DNA from: Selaginella moellendorffii | Taxonomy: Eukaryota > Plantae > Lycopodiophyta | Direction: 5' to 3' | DNA length: 64,000 bases | NCBI RefSeq assembly: GCF_000143415.4 | Contig: NW_003314263.1 | Span: 1,546,596-1,610,595 of the forward strand | The notes under the pieces: generated by a model | What the model saw: the letters and a program-made list of their open reading frames with translations, nothing else | What the model was told of the DNA's origin: nothing | The model's database searches: none | Shown: piece after piece, positions 1 through 13,869 of the stretch | Numbering within the stretch: the first letter of the stretch is position 1 | How the letters are laid out: each line of letters begins with the position of its first letter | Made by a program: the position numbers and the translations under genes

Positions 1-1680
1 CATTGTAGCCATGTATTTGGACATCACATCAAAAAGATGTCCTATCAAAAAGATGGAAGATAGTTAATGGTTTGGTTGATGGGTGAGGATTTGAATGAAT
101 AATAGAAGGAAGCACCAATGGATATATAGATGGTACAACTTGTTGTTGATATATATATAAGTGCTTAACTATTTAGCTATTTCACATATGTAATTTTTAG
201 AGGATTGGCTTATTGAATGTGATGCCAAACTTCATAAATTTGCAATTAAACTTTCTATAACATTTAGTACAATCCCTTTCACTAAATAAAAATCCTCTTA
301 AACAAACTATATATTGTAAAATTAGGAAAACAAATCAATAGCAAATTGTCCATTTATATTTTGCAAGTGGATGATGATTGAATTTGTAATATCATTGTTG
401 TCCCATTTGTATGCCTATGACATACCACTTTTTGCTCCCCCTGGCTTCGAAACATAAGTATTCAATAGACTCTACTCAAATTAGTGAAAGAATGCTTATG
501 AAGTACTAATCTCAAGTCCTAGCATTAGCATTTTGTAACATTTGCAAAAATAAACTCAACTTTATTGGTAGTATTAGATTATAATTATATATTTTTTTAA
601 TGAAACTTTATACATTTGTGACATATGTATACTAAAGAGACATCAAATAATTATCCCAATCTAAATGCTAAAAGTTTATGTACTTCATAATCATCCTTTT
701 GAAAATTTGAATGAACCATTCTACCAAACCTATATGGATGATAAACACTTGTGAAAGTGTTGCATATCCTAATAGAAACATTAAAACATAAAATACCTCA
801 ATTATAAATATAAAATTATTATTTGAGAGAATCCACTTTGGACAATAATATTAGAACACCATTTGATTAAGGAAGAAGTATCTAATAGTAATTGCAAATG
901 CACTAACAAGAGTACCAACTTCCACCTAATGAGTCAAATAGTCAAAAGTGATAATGATATTCTCATCATCAATAGTTGACTATGGGAAAAGCCCAATTAG
1001 ATCAAATATCACCAACTCAAATGAATAAAAAATTGCAATCAACTTCAACTATCCTTTTGTAACTTGATAGAGAGTATTATGAGTTTAGCACTAAATCCAA
1101 CTATGTACATACTAGATAACATTAAATTATATCTCCAATTAATAGAAAGATATGTATAACTTCTTAGTCACATAACGATATCTTATATGTTTGTCTAAAA
1201 CAGAAGCGTTAGAATAAGCTTGGAATAAAGATTAAAGACACCACCAACCATAAATGATTATTATGATTAATCCTTACAAAAGAAAGAAGGTCATCCTTAA
1301 GGTGATATTAAAAATGTAAATGCCAAAACAACAAATTATTAGTATGTAATACAAAATTCTCATACCCATAACAAAGCCTTGAGATTTATGATTTAACTTT
1401 TTGAGTCTCATGAACCTCATCAAACATTAATAATAGCTATAGAACTCTCTAGGTAATGAATAACCTCAAATTCATATATCTAAACTTTCAAAACTCCCTA
1501 AGTAGAATGACCAACTAAATTCTTCAACAACACTCACAATAGTGCAATATGATTAAAAAAATGATTAATAAAACAATCAAGATATTGCGTAAGAAGCACT
1601 ACATATCATTTATACACTTCAGAATAGGGAACTTCAAAATAATCACAAGTTTTTCAGAATCAACTTACAAACCTTTCTAA
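1..1680 (-). mobile_element. Highly degenerate Ty3/gypsy pol (integrase) remnant
   Basis: AT-rich with no ORF. The reverse complement of ~900-1015 resembles the integrase remnant at ~46160-46260 (D..G.FP...N.Y.I...DY...W-type motif). Boundaries are approximate. Confidence 0.4.
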
Positions 1681-1697
1681 CATCTCCTCTCCTTTTT

Positions 1698-2444
1698 TAT
1701 AGCGCACCTTATCCCATGATCACATGCACTACACTCACCCCCCCTTTAGAGATCTTTATCCCATGATCACATGCGTTACACTCACCCCCCTTTATCCTCT
1801 AAGGTTCCAAAGATCCACGATGACAGTATATTCAAATCTCATCCCAACACTCACCCCCCTTTATCCCCCAAGGTTCCAAGGATCCACAGTGACAGTATAT
1901 TCAAATCTCATCCCATGATCACATGTATTACACTCACCCCCCTTTTAGAGATGTTAATGTCTTTATTGATTATTGACTAACAACCCCTATTGAGCCAAGG
2001 GGAACCACCACCTCCATTTCCGCACTGAATCTATCAGTCATTCTATTGTGTAGACCAACTATTCCATGTGAGGCAATTAGTCATCCACCTGTACTGCAGT
2101 CCCACAGTGGATACTTTCGTCCGTGAATATTCCACACAAGAGGAAGGATGTACGTATGGATGCCCAATACGTACAATTTCAAATTTAGGGGTAAGAATAT
2201 ACCTTTCTCAAGGGCATATTATATTTTTAAGTAGCCACTAATCAATGGGAATCAAACCTGTGCCATTTGCTCCGATACCAATTGTAACGCACCTTATCTC
2301 TCTCCCCTTAAGCCAACTGAAAAAGGGGCAATTGCTTGATAATAGAGCCCTTAGTGGCTATTTTATCCCCATTTATCCCCTAAGGTTCCAAAGATTCACG
2401 GTGACAGTATATTCAAATCTCATCCCATAATCACATGCGTTACA
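1698..2444 (-). mobile_element. TRIM (non-Cassandra) with ~162-bp LTR and rearranged 3' LTR
   Basis: LTR 2283-2444 has termini TGTAACGCA...TGCGTTACA. tRNA-iMet PBS (revcomp gctccgatacca) at 2269-2280. PPT revcomp ctcacccccc at ~1933. TSD TTTTT at 1693-1697 and 2445-2449. Confidence 0.75.
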
Positions 2445-5170
2445 TTTTTCCACCATTATGCAATATGTGGGTGGCCATTTCCTTTCCCATTCACGGCCAT
2501 CTCCTCTTACTTGTGGCCACTCCTCTCCCACTCATAGCCTTTCCTCTCCCACTTCGAGGCCATCTCCTCTCCCTCTTCCACCATCACGCAGCATGTGGAC
2601 AGCCATCTCTTTTCCTTCTTCCATCATCTCACTGTACTTAAGTGGCCATCTCCTCTCCCTCTTTCACCATCTTCTTTTACCATCACAGCCATCTTCTTTC
2701 CACTTGCGTGGTTATATCTCTCCCTTTTTGGGCCATCACTATTGATCTTTTCTTTTGCTAGGATGTTTGTTTTGCTTTGACTTTGGGCTGCTTGAGGTTT
2801 GTATGAGAGATGATTTGACCTTTTTCTTTCTTCTTTTCGTGTATATGCTCTTTGTTTGATCTTTCCATTGCAAGCATCTTAGAAAAAAAAAAATTGAAGT
2901 CTTTAGACCTTTGGAAAGTTTTAAATCTTTAGAAAGTCTCTACATTTTTAGATTTGTGAGGAGTTCCAAGATCTAGATTGAGATTCTTAGGGGTCTTTAA
3001 AATTCTTAGATCTACAAGAAACTCTAAGATCTTATTTCATTTTTAATTTTTTTTAATGTTTTTAAGCACCTATGATCAGTTGAGCTTGAAGCGCCTATAA
3101 TTGGATAATATTGAAGTGCCTTAGTTTAGTATGAGGTCTTTGTCCTCAAAGTAGAAGTTAAAAGCAAACATTAGTTTTAGATGTGTTTACCTCAAACTCA
3201 ATGATATATTTATTTTTTTGTTTGGTTTTGTTTATCTCAGACTCCATCTTGGGTCCATTTCGAGTCTATCTTGGACTCTATTTTGGATCTATCTCAAACT
3301 CTTTCTCGGATTCTATCTCAGATCTATCTTAGACTCCATCTCAAGTCTATCTTGGACTCCATCTCGGGTCCATTTTGAACTCCATCTTGGTCTATCTTGA
3401 ACTCCATCTTAGACTCTTTCTTAAACTCCATTTTGACATTTCCACGTGTCATGTGTTGGTCCTCTTGTGTTCCTTTTCTAAGCCACTATCATGTGGCACC
3501 CTTTCAACTCCACTTTGGGGCTTAGGGATTTGTGTCTCACAACTCCACCACCCATAAACAAAATTTTAAACCATTTCATGGATTACTATTTTCCTTAGCA
3601 CCAAGCTAATATTCATCAATAGTTTGACATTGAAAGCTCACTATGCATTTCCTATCCTCTAAGGAGCATAGTCTGTCTGATTTAGAATTTTATTACATCA
3701 TAAGTGATGGTTCTCTCCCTTCATTTATTTAGTTTTAACTAAACTCGTTAAAAATACCTTTTCTATCTCAATCGTACTACCCATCCTGGAGTAATCTTAG
3801 CCTCCATCAATATAGCCATCACACTTTGGAATTAATATTATCTTAGACTTTGCTAATCTAATAACCTATAAGGTTTTAGCTTCATGGTTGTTTTTGAGAT
3901 GCTAGCTTACTGAAATACAACTTTTTGTATTCATGTCCTACTCACAAAGACCATCTTTGCAAGTGTTACTTCAATACTTGATTATTCTTTGTTTCATGTG
4001 GGTTACTTAAGACTATCTATTTATATGATAAGAATACTGATTCATCCTCTAAATATACCCCAACTCCTTGAGTTGTTCTAGCATTTATTCAAGGTAGCCT
4101 TGTGTGAGACACAAATCCCTGTGCCCTTCCTCCTTGTACACGGGAACAACCCTGCGGATCGCGATCTTGGGCGCCATTGCGCTCACAGCAAGTCCGAGTC
4201 CGAGTTTGAGTCCGAGTCCGAGTTCGGGTCTGAGTCCGAGTTCGAGTCTGAAAGTGGAGCCAAAAGGGTGCTATGTGGTAGTGGCCGAAGCAAAAGCCAA
4301 ACGAGCGTAACACGTTTGGACTAAAAGGCTCTAACTTGAAAGGTCGAGAGTGGGAGTGGAACTCCCAATGGAGTGCTCAAGGAACAAGCATGAAGCGAGC
4401 AATGAGCAAGGCTCCAAAAAGGGACCCAAAAGGACCAACATATAACATGTGGAAGTGTTCGAGATGGAGTCCGAGATGGACCCGGGTTGGAGTTTGAGAT
4501 GGAGTCCGAGGTGGACCTGAGATGGAGTCTGAGATGGACCCGAGTTGGAGTCTGAGGTGGAGTCCGAGATGGAGTCCGAGGTGGACCCGAGATGGAGTCC
4601 GAGATGGACCCGAAATGGAGTCTGAGGTAGAGTCCGAGATGGAGTCTGAGGTGGACCCGAGATGAAGTCTGAAATGGAGTCCGAGAAGGACCTGAGATGG
4701 AGTCTGAGATGGAGTCCGAGATGGACCCGAGATGGAATCCGAGATGGAGTCCAAGAAGGACCCGAGATGGAGTCTGAGGTCGAGACTGAGACCGGGACTG
4801 AGACCGAGACCGGGACCGAGCCCGAGCCTGAGGCCAAGACCGAGCCCGAGTCCGAGTCTGAGTTCGAGTCTGAGAGGGTGAAAGCCCAAAGTGTTCGTCT
4901 CCCAGACCCTAGGTTTGGAGGATCGAGGTTGAGGCCGAGCCCGAGCCCGAGCCCGAGCCCGAGTCCGAGTCCGAGTTTGAGTCTAAGAGGGTGAAAGCCC
5001 AAAGCGTTTGTCTCCCAGACCCTAGGTTTGGTAAGCTTCAAAAGTATAGTAAGGGGGAGGACTGCAGTGGAGCCAGTTTGGCCAGGAAAGGCCAGTTTGG
5101 CCCAGGAAGGCCAGACCCAGTGTTAGGTGATGAATTGACCACTAGGAAATCCAAGACTAAAGTGAATACG

Positions 5171-5364
5171 TGTAAGCTCTTGAGTTTGGACTTCCTAAGA
5201 GGTCACCCAGCCCAGTACTATTCAAACCCAAGGACGCTTAACCCCAAGTATCCCAAGACCCTTAACCGATTGAAAAAAGGGGTGCACTCTTGTTCATGGG
5301 CCCTTTCCCTCTATATTTGAACCCCATGGATCATCTCTCAAGTTATTCTCTTTGGCTGCTTACA
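5171..5364 (-). mobile_element. Cassandra TRIM solo LTR (5S rRNA-derived core)
   Basis: TGTAAG...TTACA, 194 bp. TSD ATACG at 5166-5170 and 5365-5369. The reverse complement contains GTTAAGCGTCCTTGGG...TAGTACTGGGCTGGGTGACC, matching the plant 5S A-box/IE/C-box. Confidence 0.92.
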
Positions 5365-5924
5365 ATACGGACCGACAAACAGGGTAGCTTGGTGAAGTGT
5401 TCAAGAGCCGACTCTAGTTCCCCCGGGAGATCGACTGGCCGATGCTCCCAGTCCAAGTGTGAGTGGTACTACCTACTTGGATACCTAGTGTGGCTCAACG
5501 AAACCTCACTCTAAGCCCATGGCTAGAGCACCTAAAGGCAGAAGGTGGGGAGAGTACCCATGGGGCTTGCGTATGGCCACGGTGTTCCGATATGTCGTCC
5601 CGAAGTCCCAAATGGGGGAAAGGAGGATGAGCAATCCTCTAGTGTAGTGACTACAGATACGGTCACATGGTGAGGAAGTCCTAGAGGACAATGGGACTTA
5701 GTGGCTAGGCCTGCAGGCCTTGATCTAGTGGCAATGTTGGTGAACATGGCCATGGACAAAAAAGGGACTTGGCAAGAACTGACAAAGGGATGTTGGGGAA
5801 GGCTATTCCCCATGTTTGTGGGCATCCTAAGGATGTTAAGGAGTGGATCTTGGATGACCACTCGTGGATGGATGGCCCAGTCTTGGAGAGACAGGATTGT
5901 GATGCAAGTGGTATTGGACCACTA

Positions 5925-7025
5925 TGTAAGCAACTAAATTTTTCCATTCTACTTTAGTCACTTAACCACACCTCCGACCACTTGGAGGAGTCTCATTCAC
6001 AACCCCCATAAGTCCCATTCAGGACTTGGGGCTTGCTAGCCCTGAGAATGGCATCCATGCCACTCAACCTTTGCACTTGGTCCAAGTGCTCCACGTGTCC
6101 GATCCCATGACTGACACCCAAAGGTACCACTGACATCTCGGCCCGTTACGCTAAGGCCATGCCCATTCCCCTTTGCTGCGCAAATGGTCCAATACCACTT
6201 GCATCACCATCCCGTCTCTCCAAGACTGGGCCATCTGTCTACGAGGGGTCATCCTAAATCCACTCCTTAGCATCCTTAGGATGCCCACAGACCTGGGGAA
6301 TCGCCTTCCCCAAAGTCCCTTTGTCAGTTCCTACCAAGTCCCCTGGCCGTGTTTGCCAACGCTGCCACTGGATCGAGGCCCACAGGCCCGACCACTAAGT
6401 CCCACGGTCCTCTGGGACTTCCTCACCACACGACTGTGTCCTTGGTCACTACCCCAGAGGACTGCTCCTCTTCCTTTCCACAGTCTGGGCCTTTGGGACG
6501 ACATTTCGGAACACCGTGGCCTTACGCGAGCCACCTGGGTACTCTCCCCATCTATCGCCTTTAGGTGCTCTAGCCATGGGCTTAGAGCGAGGTTCCGTTG
6601 AGCCACGCCTGGTATCCAAGTAGGTAGTGCCACCCACACTTGGACTGGGAGCATCGGCCAGTCGATCTCCCGGGGGAATTAGAGCCGGCTCTTGAACACT
6701 TCACCAAGCTACCCTGCTTGTCGGTCCATGTTCACTCTAGTCTTGGACTTCCTAGTGGGCAGCTCATCACCCAACACTGGGTCCGGCCTTCCTGGGCCAA
6801 ACTGGCCTTTCCTGGCCAAACTGGCTCCACTACAGTCCTCCCCCTTACTATACTTTTGGAGCTCACCAAACCCCCAGGGTCTGGGAGACGAACGCTTTGG
6901 GCTTTCACCCTCTCAGGCTCCGGACTCGGACTTGGACTCGGACTCGGACTCGGATTCGGATTCGGACTCGGACTCGGGCTCGGGCTCGGTCTCGGCCTCG
7001 GCCTCGGTCTCGGTCTCGGTCCCGA

Positions 7026-7063
<38 letters not shown>

Positions 7064-7620
7064 CCGGTCTCGGTCTCGACTTCGGACTCCATCTCGGACT
7101 CCATCTCGGACTCCATCTCGGACTCCATCTCGGGTCCATCTCGGGTCCATCTCGGACTCCATCTCGGGTCCATCTCGGACTCCATCTTAGACTCCATCTC
7201 GGACTCCATCTCGGGTCCATCTCGGACTCCATCTCGGACTCCATCTCGGACTCCATCTCGGGTCCATCTCGGGTCCATCTCGGACTCCATCTCGGATTCC
7301 ATTTCGGGTCCATCTCGGGTCCATCTCGGACTCCACTTCGGACTCCAACTCGGGTCCACCTCAGACTCCACTTCAGACTCCATCTCGGACACTCCCACGT
7401 GTCATGTGTTGGTCCTTTTGGGTCCCTTTTTGGAGCCTCGCCTTTTGCTTGCTTCGTGCTCGTTCCTCGAGCACTTCGTTGGGAGTTCCACTCCCGCTCT
7501 TGACTTTTCAAGTCGGAGCTTTTGGTCCAAACGTGTTACGCTCGTTTGGCTCTCGCTTCGGCCACTACCATGTGGCGCCCTTCCGGCTCCACTTTGGGCC
7601 TAGGGATTTTGTGTCTCACA
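5925..7620 (-). mobile_element. Family-X solo LTR
   Basis: TGTAAGC...TCTCACA. TSD CACTA at 5920-5924 and 7621-7625. Confidence 0.92.
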
Positions 7621-10600
7621 CACTAGTGCGGCAAAGGTGAATGGGCATGGTCTTAGCGTAACAAGCTGATATGTCAGTGGTACCTTTGGGTGTCAGTCTT
7701 GGGACTGGACATGTGGAGCACTTGGACCAAGTGCAAGGGTTGAATGGCATGGATGCCATTCTCGGGACTAGCAAGTCCCAAGTCCTGAATTGGATTTAAG
7801 GATGTTGTGAATGAGATGTAAGCGACTAAATTTTCCATTCTACTTTAGTCACTTAACCACACCTCCGACCAATTGGAGGAGTCTCACTCACAACCTCCAT
7901 AAGTCTTATTTCAAACTTGGGCTTGCTAGCCCCGAGAATGGCATCCCCGCCACCCAACCTTTGCACTTGGTCCAAGTGCTCCACGTGACCGATCCCATGA
8001 CTGACACTCCAAGGTACCACCAACATATCAGCCCGTTACGCTAAGGCCATGCCCATTCACCTTGGTCACACCGGTGGTCTGACACCAGCTCCATCACAGT
8101 CCCGTCCCTCAAAAACTGGGCCATCTGTTCATGAGTGATCATCCCAGATCCACTCCTTAGCATCCTTAGGATGCCGACAGACATGGGGAATAGCCTTCCC
8201 CCAATGTCCCTTTTCTGGTCCCCACCAAGTCCCTTTACTGTCCATGGCCGTGTTCACCAACACTACCATTGGATCGAGGCCCACAAGCCCGACCACTAAG
8301 TCCCACGGTCCTCTGGGACTTCCTCACCACACGACTGTGTCCTTGGTCACTACCCCAGAGGACCGCTCCTCTTCCTTTCCACAGTCTGGGCCTTTGGGAC
8401 AACATTTCAGAACACCGTGGCCTTACGTGAGCCATCTGGGTACTCTCCCCATCTTTCGCCTTTAGGTGCTCTAGCCATGGGCTTAGAGTGAGGTTCCGTT
8501 GAGCCACGCCTGGTATCTAAGTAGGTAGTGCCACCCACACTTGGACTGGGAGCATCGGCCAGTCGATCTCTCAGGGGAACTAGAGCCGGCTCTTAAACAC
8601 TTCACCAAGCTACCCCGCTTGTCGGTTCGTATTCACTCTAGTCTTGGACTTCCCAGTGGTCAGTTCATCACCCAACACTGGGTCTGGCCTTCCTGGGCCA
8701 AATTGGCCTTCCTGGGACAAACTAGCCTTTCCTGGCCATACTGGCTCCACTGCAGTCCTCCCCCTACTATACTTTTGGAGCTCACCAAACCCCCCAGGGT
8801 CTGGGAGACGAACGCTTTGGGCTTTCACCCTCTCAGACTCGAACTCGGACTCGGACTCAGACTCGGACTCGGACTTGGACTCGGACTCGGGCTCGGTCTC
8901 AGCCTTGGCCTCGGTCTTGGTCTCGATCCCAGAGTTTCGGTCCCGGTCTCGGTCTTGGTCTCAGTCCCGGTCTCGGTCTCGACCTCGGCCTCCATCTCGG
9001 GCCCTTCTCGGACTCCATCTCGGACTCCATCTCGGGCTCCGTCTCGATCCATCTCGGACTCCGTCTCGGACTCCATCTCGAACTCCGTCTCGGTCCATCT
9101 CGGACTCCATCTCGGGTCCATCTCGGACTCCGTCTTGGTCCACCTCGGACTCCACTTCGGGTCCATCTCAGACTCCATATCGGACTCCATCTCGGACTCC
9201 ACTTCGGACTCTATATCGGACTCCACTTCGGGTCCATCTCGAACTCCAACTAGGGTCTGTCTCGGACTCCATCTCAGACACTTCCACGTGTCATGTGTTG
9301 GTCCCTTTTGGGTCCCTTTTTGGAGCCTTGCTTATTGCTCGCTTCGTGCTCGCTCCTTGAGCACTTTGTTGGGAGTTCCACTCCCGCTCTCGACCTTCCA
9401 AGTCAGAGCTTTTAGTCCAAACGTGTTACACTTGTTTGGGCTTTCGCTTCGGCCACTACCACGTAGCACCCTTTCCGGCTCCACTTTGGGGCCTAGGGAT
9501 TTTGTGTCTCACAACTCCACCACCCATAGACGAAGTTCGATGTCCTCATTGAACGGTAAACCATTTTATAAAGTAACACCCGCATGTGTTACGATTTCCA
9601 TCCTTGGCACCTAGCCAATATTTGTCAATGGTTTGACATTGAAGGCTCACCATGCCTTCTCCATATTCGTCAATGGTTTGACACCAAAGGCTCACCATGC
9701 CTTGCCCATCCTCTAAGGAGGATAGTCTCTCCAACTTAGAGACTCACTTGACCACCTGAGGTGGGTTGCTCCTTTTTATTGGTTTAGTCCTCGCTAAACC
9801 CGTTAGAGACACCCTCTCTAGCTCAATTCCACTACTCATTCTTGAGTAGTCACAGATTCCATTGATTTACCTTTGCACTTTGGAACGTTTACTTTTGACT
9901 TCTTGAAGTCAATTTCCTAGGTGTCTCCGACATCTTGCCTTGCACATTTGTGCAACTCCACTTCCCCTCTTAGGAAGTTCTCTACTCGAGGGCACCCTCA
10001 TCCTCTTTTCTATTTTTGTGCCACCATTGGCATTACGTTCCATTTATCATTATTTGTGCTAAGGCTGTCCACGGCCTTATCTTTTGGCTCCTTAGTTGCT
10101 TCCTCACTTGGAGCCTTTCCTTTGCCAAATTGGAGCACTTGGGAATCCATCCTTGGAAGTCCACTTCTTTTTCCGCAATCCGTTAGCACCAAACACATTA
10201 GTGTTCTTTGGCTAACTTTGCCACTTGGATTCTTTCCAATGGATTCCACGGCCCTATTTTGGGCACTCGTCTTTTGCTCCTATCCTTGGATTGTTGCACC
10301 AAGCAACATAGGATCGCTACCTCCATTTTTGAGGTTTCCTTTCGGTTCCATAGCAAACACTTTGCTTTGCCAAGTCCAGAGGGTGTTCACCCCTAGTACG
10401 TCTCTTTAACATTTTCTGTCGTGGGCTCTATCCACGGCCCAACTTTTTGAGACCCTCCCTTGGATCTTTTATAGAGATTACTTTCCTTGGACTGACTATG
10501 CCATAGCATTGACATAGCTCATTTCCCTTAGGTGTTCTTCCCACTTGGTCACCTCAACCAAGGCACACCTTTATCAATAGTTCAAATCAACACTTTGAAC

Positions 10601-13600
10601 TAGGAATCATATTCCTTAACCCAAACAAAGACTTTGTCCTTGTTTAGCCACAAGATCACCTAGTGATCTTATTTTGACCCCTTAATAGGTCTATCAATAG
10701 AGATTAGGTCTTCCAGACCCTTCTAAGTTGTTGACTATGACCCCGGGGGCATCCCCCACACTTGGCGGTGCACCCAAGCCAGCCCTTCCGGCCAAGGATC
10801 CATAGCAACTGAGACTGGGTGTCCCCATCTCATTCACCACGTCCTTGGTGCCCTTTGCACCAAAGTGTTCAAGTTAGATATGCCGAGCTTTCACTCTAAG
10901 CAATCTAGCCGTGCATCACGACTCCGAGGCATCCCTCACTTGGCGGTGTGCCCAAACCAGTCTCCACACTGAGAGTCCATGACCACCGAAAAATGAGTGT
11001 CCTCATATTCCAAACCATCACCACGCCCTAGTGAGTTGGGACTCGAACTCAAGCACTAGAGGGTCGGGACTCGAACCCAACCTCCGTATATGCATCTATG
11101 GACGGCATCACCCAGGATGCCTGGCGTGACTCCCCACGCCGGTGCACCAACTTATACTCAAAGCGCGCTATAGATCACAGCTTAGGAACCTAGTTCCTCC
11201 ACATTGCCAAGTCCTCTCACTTGACAAGTCTGTGATCATGCATGGACTCCTCCATGCTTGGCCCCATGGCCCACCCTTTTTGAAGTTATCACCTTCAACT
11301 AGGGTATTTGTTCCCCTGACTTGCCAATCTCGCTTTGGCAAGTCCTCCGACCACTGTAACATGGTTCCTGCACAAGCGTGAAAGCCCTTGATCATTGACT
11401 TTCGTTCAAAGCCCTCACTTTGAACACTCGGGAACTACTTCCCTAACCTTGATAGCCTTGCCTCATGGCAAGTTTCAAGACCACGCTTCTGCTGCGCCAC
11501 TCTGATTTCGCGCGTTCTTTGAACCATTTACACTTGGCCTTTCTAGGTACTAAGCTACCTAGAATCATCTTTGGGAACCTTGAAGGAACTCTGTCCCTTA
11601 ACTTGTTAAGGCCTCCCTTTTTGCAAGCTTTCCAATTACCATATAGTCTAATATGGACAATTCCATATTTTAGACTCTCCATGGCATCACGGTTGCTAGC
11701 GGCAACACCCTCGAGCCCCCACTTGATTCTCCACTCCCAACTGGCATAACCAACCTTGGTTATGCCCTTCGATTCCTATGGTTTGGTTCTACCCCCATAC
11801 TTCTTGCTTTTGGCTTCACACCTTTCCTTCGGTCATTCTCCTCCAGACTAGGAGGATAGCTTTGCACTTTCTATCATGCCTTAGCAAGTATTCTTAGGGA
11901 TGAACCTACCCGATAGCCTAGGGAGTGGTTCCTCAACCCAGGTATGCTCACCCTATAATCCCACACACCGAGATTATGTTGTTGCTTATAGCCTTTACAT
12001 GCCCATCGCTAGCCTTGCCAAAAATTCCATTTTTGGCTTTGTCCAATTCGAGTAGACAGCCTTCTCCTGTCTCTGCCACCTTAGACATTTGGATAGCACC
12101 TTCTATCCATCATTCACTAGGGACTTAGTCCCTTGGGCCTTATCTATTGCCCTCGCAATATCAAACACCACCTCCTGGTGTTCTAGAGTGTTTAGGTGTC
12201 CCAATGATGGCTTCCTTGACAATGAGTATTTCCTTTCATGACATTGACTTACTATATCGCAACATAAGCAACTTATCCCCCGTAAGAGTATATCCAATTT
12301 CCTTATGCCATTAAGAAGGTGTAAGCCACAAATTTTTCCTTTCCAATTTGCCAGCTTACCTCGTCTATCCGTCCAACACTGCCTTGGCTTTTGCTAAGTC
12401 CCCTCGCCAAGGTTCTTGCCTATGGTACCAGCTCCTACTTGGTTTCAGCTACTCACTACACGAGCAACGGGGTGTTAGCCATCCTTCCACGGATTCCCAA
12501 ATCACTCCCAATCCCCCTCCCCGGGTTAGACTGGACTTAAGGTTCGGCTACACTCCCCGCAAGCACAAGCAGCCAAGCACACCAAGCTTCCAGGTTCCTA
12601 ACATCCTTTGGTACCACAAGACTTGATCATGGGACCCTCTAAATCCCAAGTCTTGAGTGCAACACTTGCTTCGGGATGCCGGGGCGAAACACCGTGGCCT
12701 AGCGGCCCGGTATGGGTACCTCTCGCCCCCCACTTCCATCCCGAAGGAAGGCCCAAGCCCCTAGGAAGGGCGAGGACCAATGAGCCGCATGGTACTCAAG
12801 TGGGGCACCACTCCACATGAGCCGGGAGCACCGCCATCGGTTTCCCTTTCGGGAGTGGGAGTTGCTCTTGAGCACTTCCTTGGATGGCCCCTCCGGCACC
12901 AGCCAAGTCCATGCTCACTCCCACCCAAGGCCCCTCGGTCCCAGTCTCAACCTCAAGTCGGTTTGGAAGCCCAACTGGAGAGTCCCTTCAAAACTGGTTC
13001 CTGGACCTCACTATCCCTACTATACTTTTGGAACCCCCTGCAGCCCCCCCCCCTTGGGAGACGCACGCTTTGGGCTTTCACCCCTTGACCCGTATTAGTA
13101 TTTGGACTTAGTCTCTGGCTCGATCTCGGACCCGATTTCGGATCCGACTTCGGATTCGGGTTCGGACTCGATCACGGACTCGATCTTGGACCCGATCTCG
13201 GACCCGACTTCGGACTCGACCTCGGACTCGGTCTCGGACCCGATTTCGGATCCGGACTCCGTCTCGAACTCGGTCTCGAACTCGGATTCGAACTCGGTCC
13301 CCGAGTCGGTCTCGGACTCGATTCCGGACTCTATCTCGAACTCGGTCCTAGAGTCGGTCTTGGACTCGATCCTCAACTTGGTCCCATCCGATAAACTCTT
13401 TGTCATTTCGGTCAAGCTTTTGGGGATCCTTTAGCCTACGACATCTCGGAGAGTCGGTTCTTTACAACTCCACCACCCATAGAAGAAGTTCGATGCCCAC
13501 ATCGAACGTCTCGTTTTATCCTACGACTGGTTGTCCATGTCTCCGGGGGCATCCCCCCACTTAGCAGTGTGCCTAAGTTAGCCTCCCCGGCCAAGAGCCC

Positions 13601-13869
13601 ATGACAACGGAATATAGGTGTCCCTATACTCCTCACTTCACCACGCCCTAGTATAGGGTCGGGACTTGAACCCAGCCTTGCTTTACTAGGGGGTTGGGAC
13701 TCGAACCCAACCTCCGTAGAATACGTCTACGGATTCGACATCCCCGCGGGGAGTCGGGCGTAGTGCCCTACGCCTGGTCGACCTATCCAACCCATGCTAA
13801 TTAGCTTACCTTTGGCGCGCCTTCGGGTCCCAACATATGCCACTTGCTCAACTTTGCAAATTGATATTT

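Noticed and set aside
1700-1950. CRISPR-like repeat/spacer array
   Set aside because: The units are LTR-end and PPT duplications with non-unique spacers. The context is eukaryotic and there are no cas genes.
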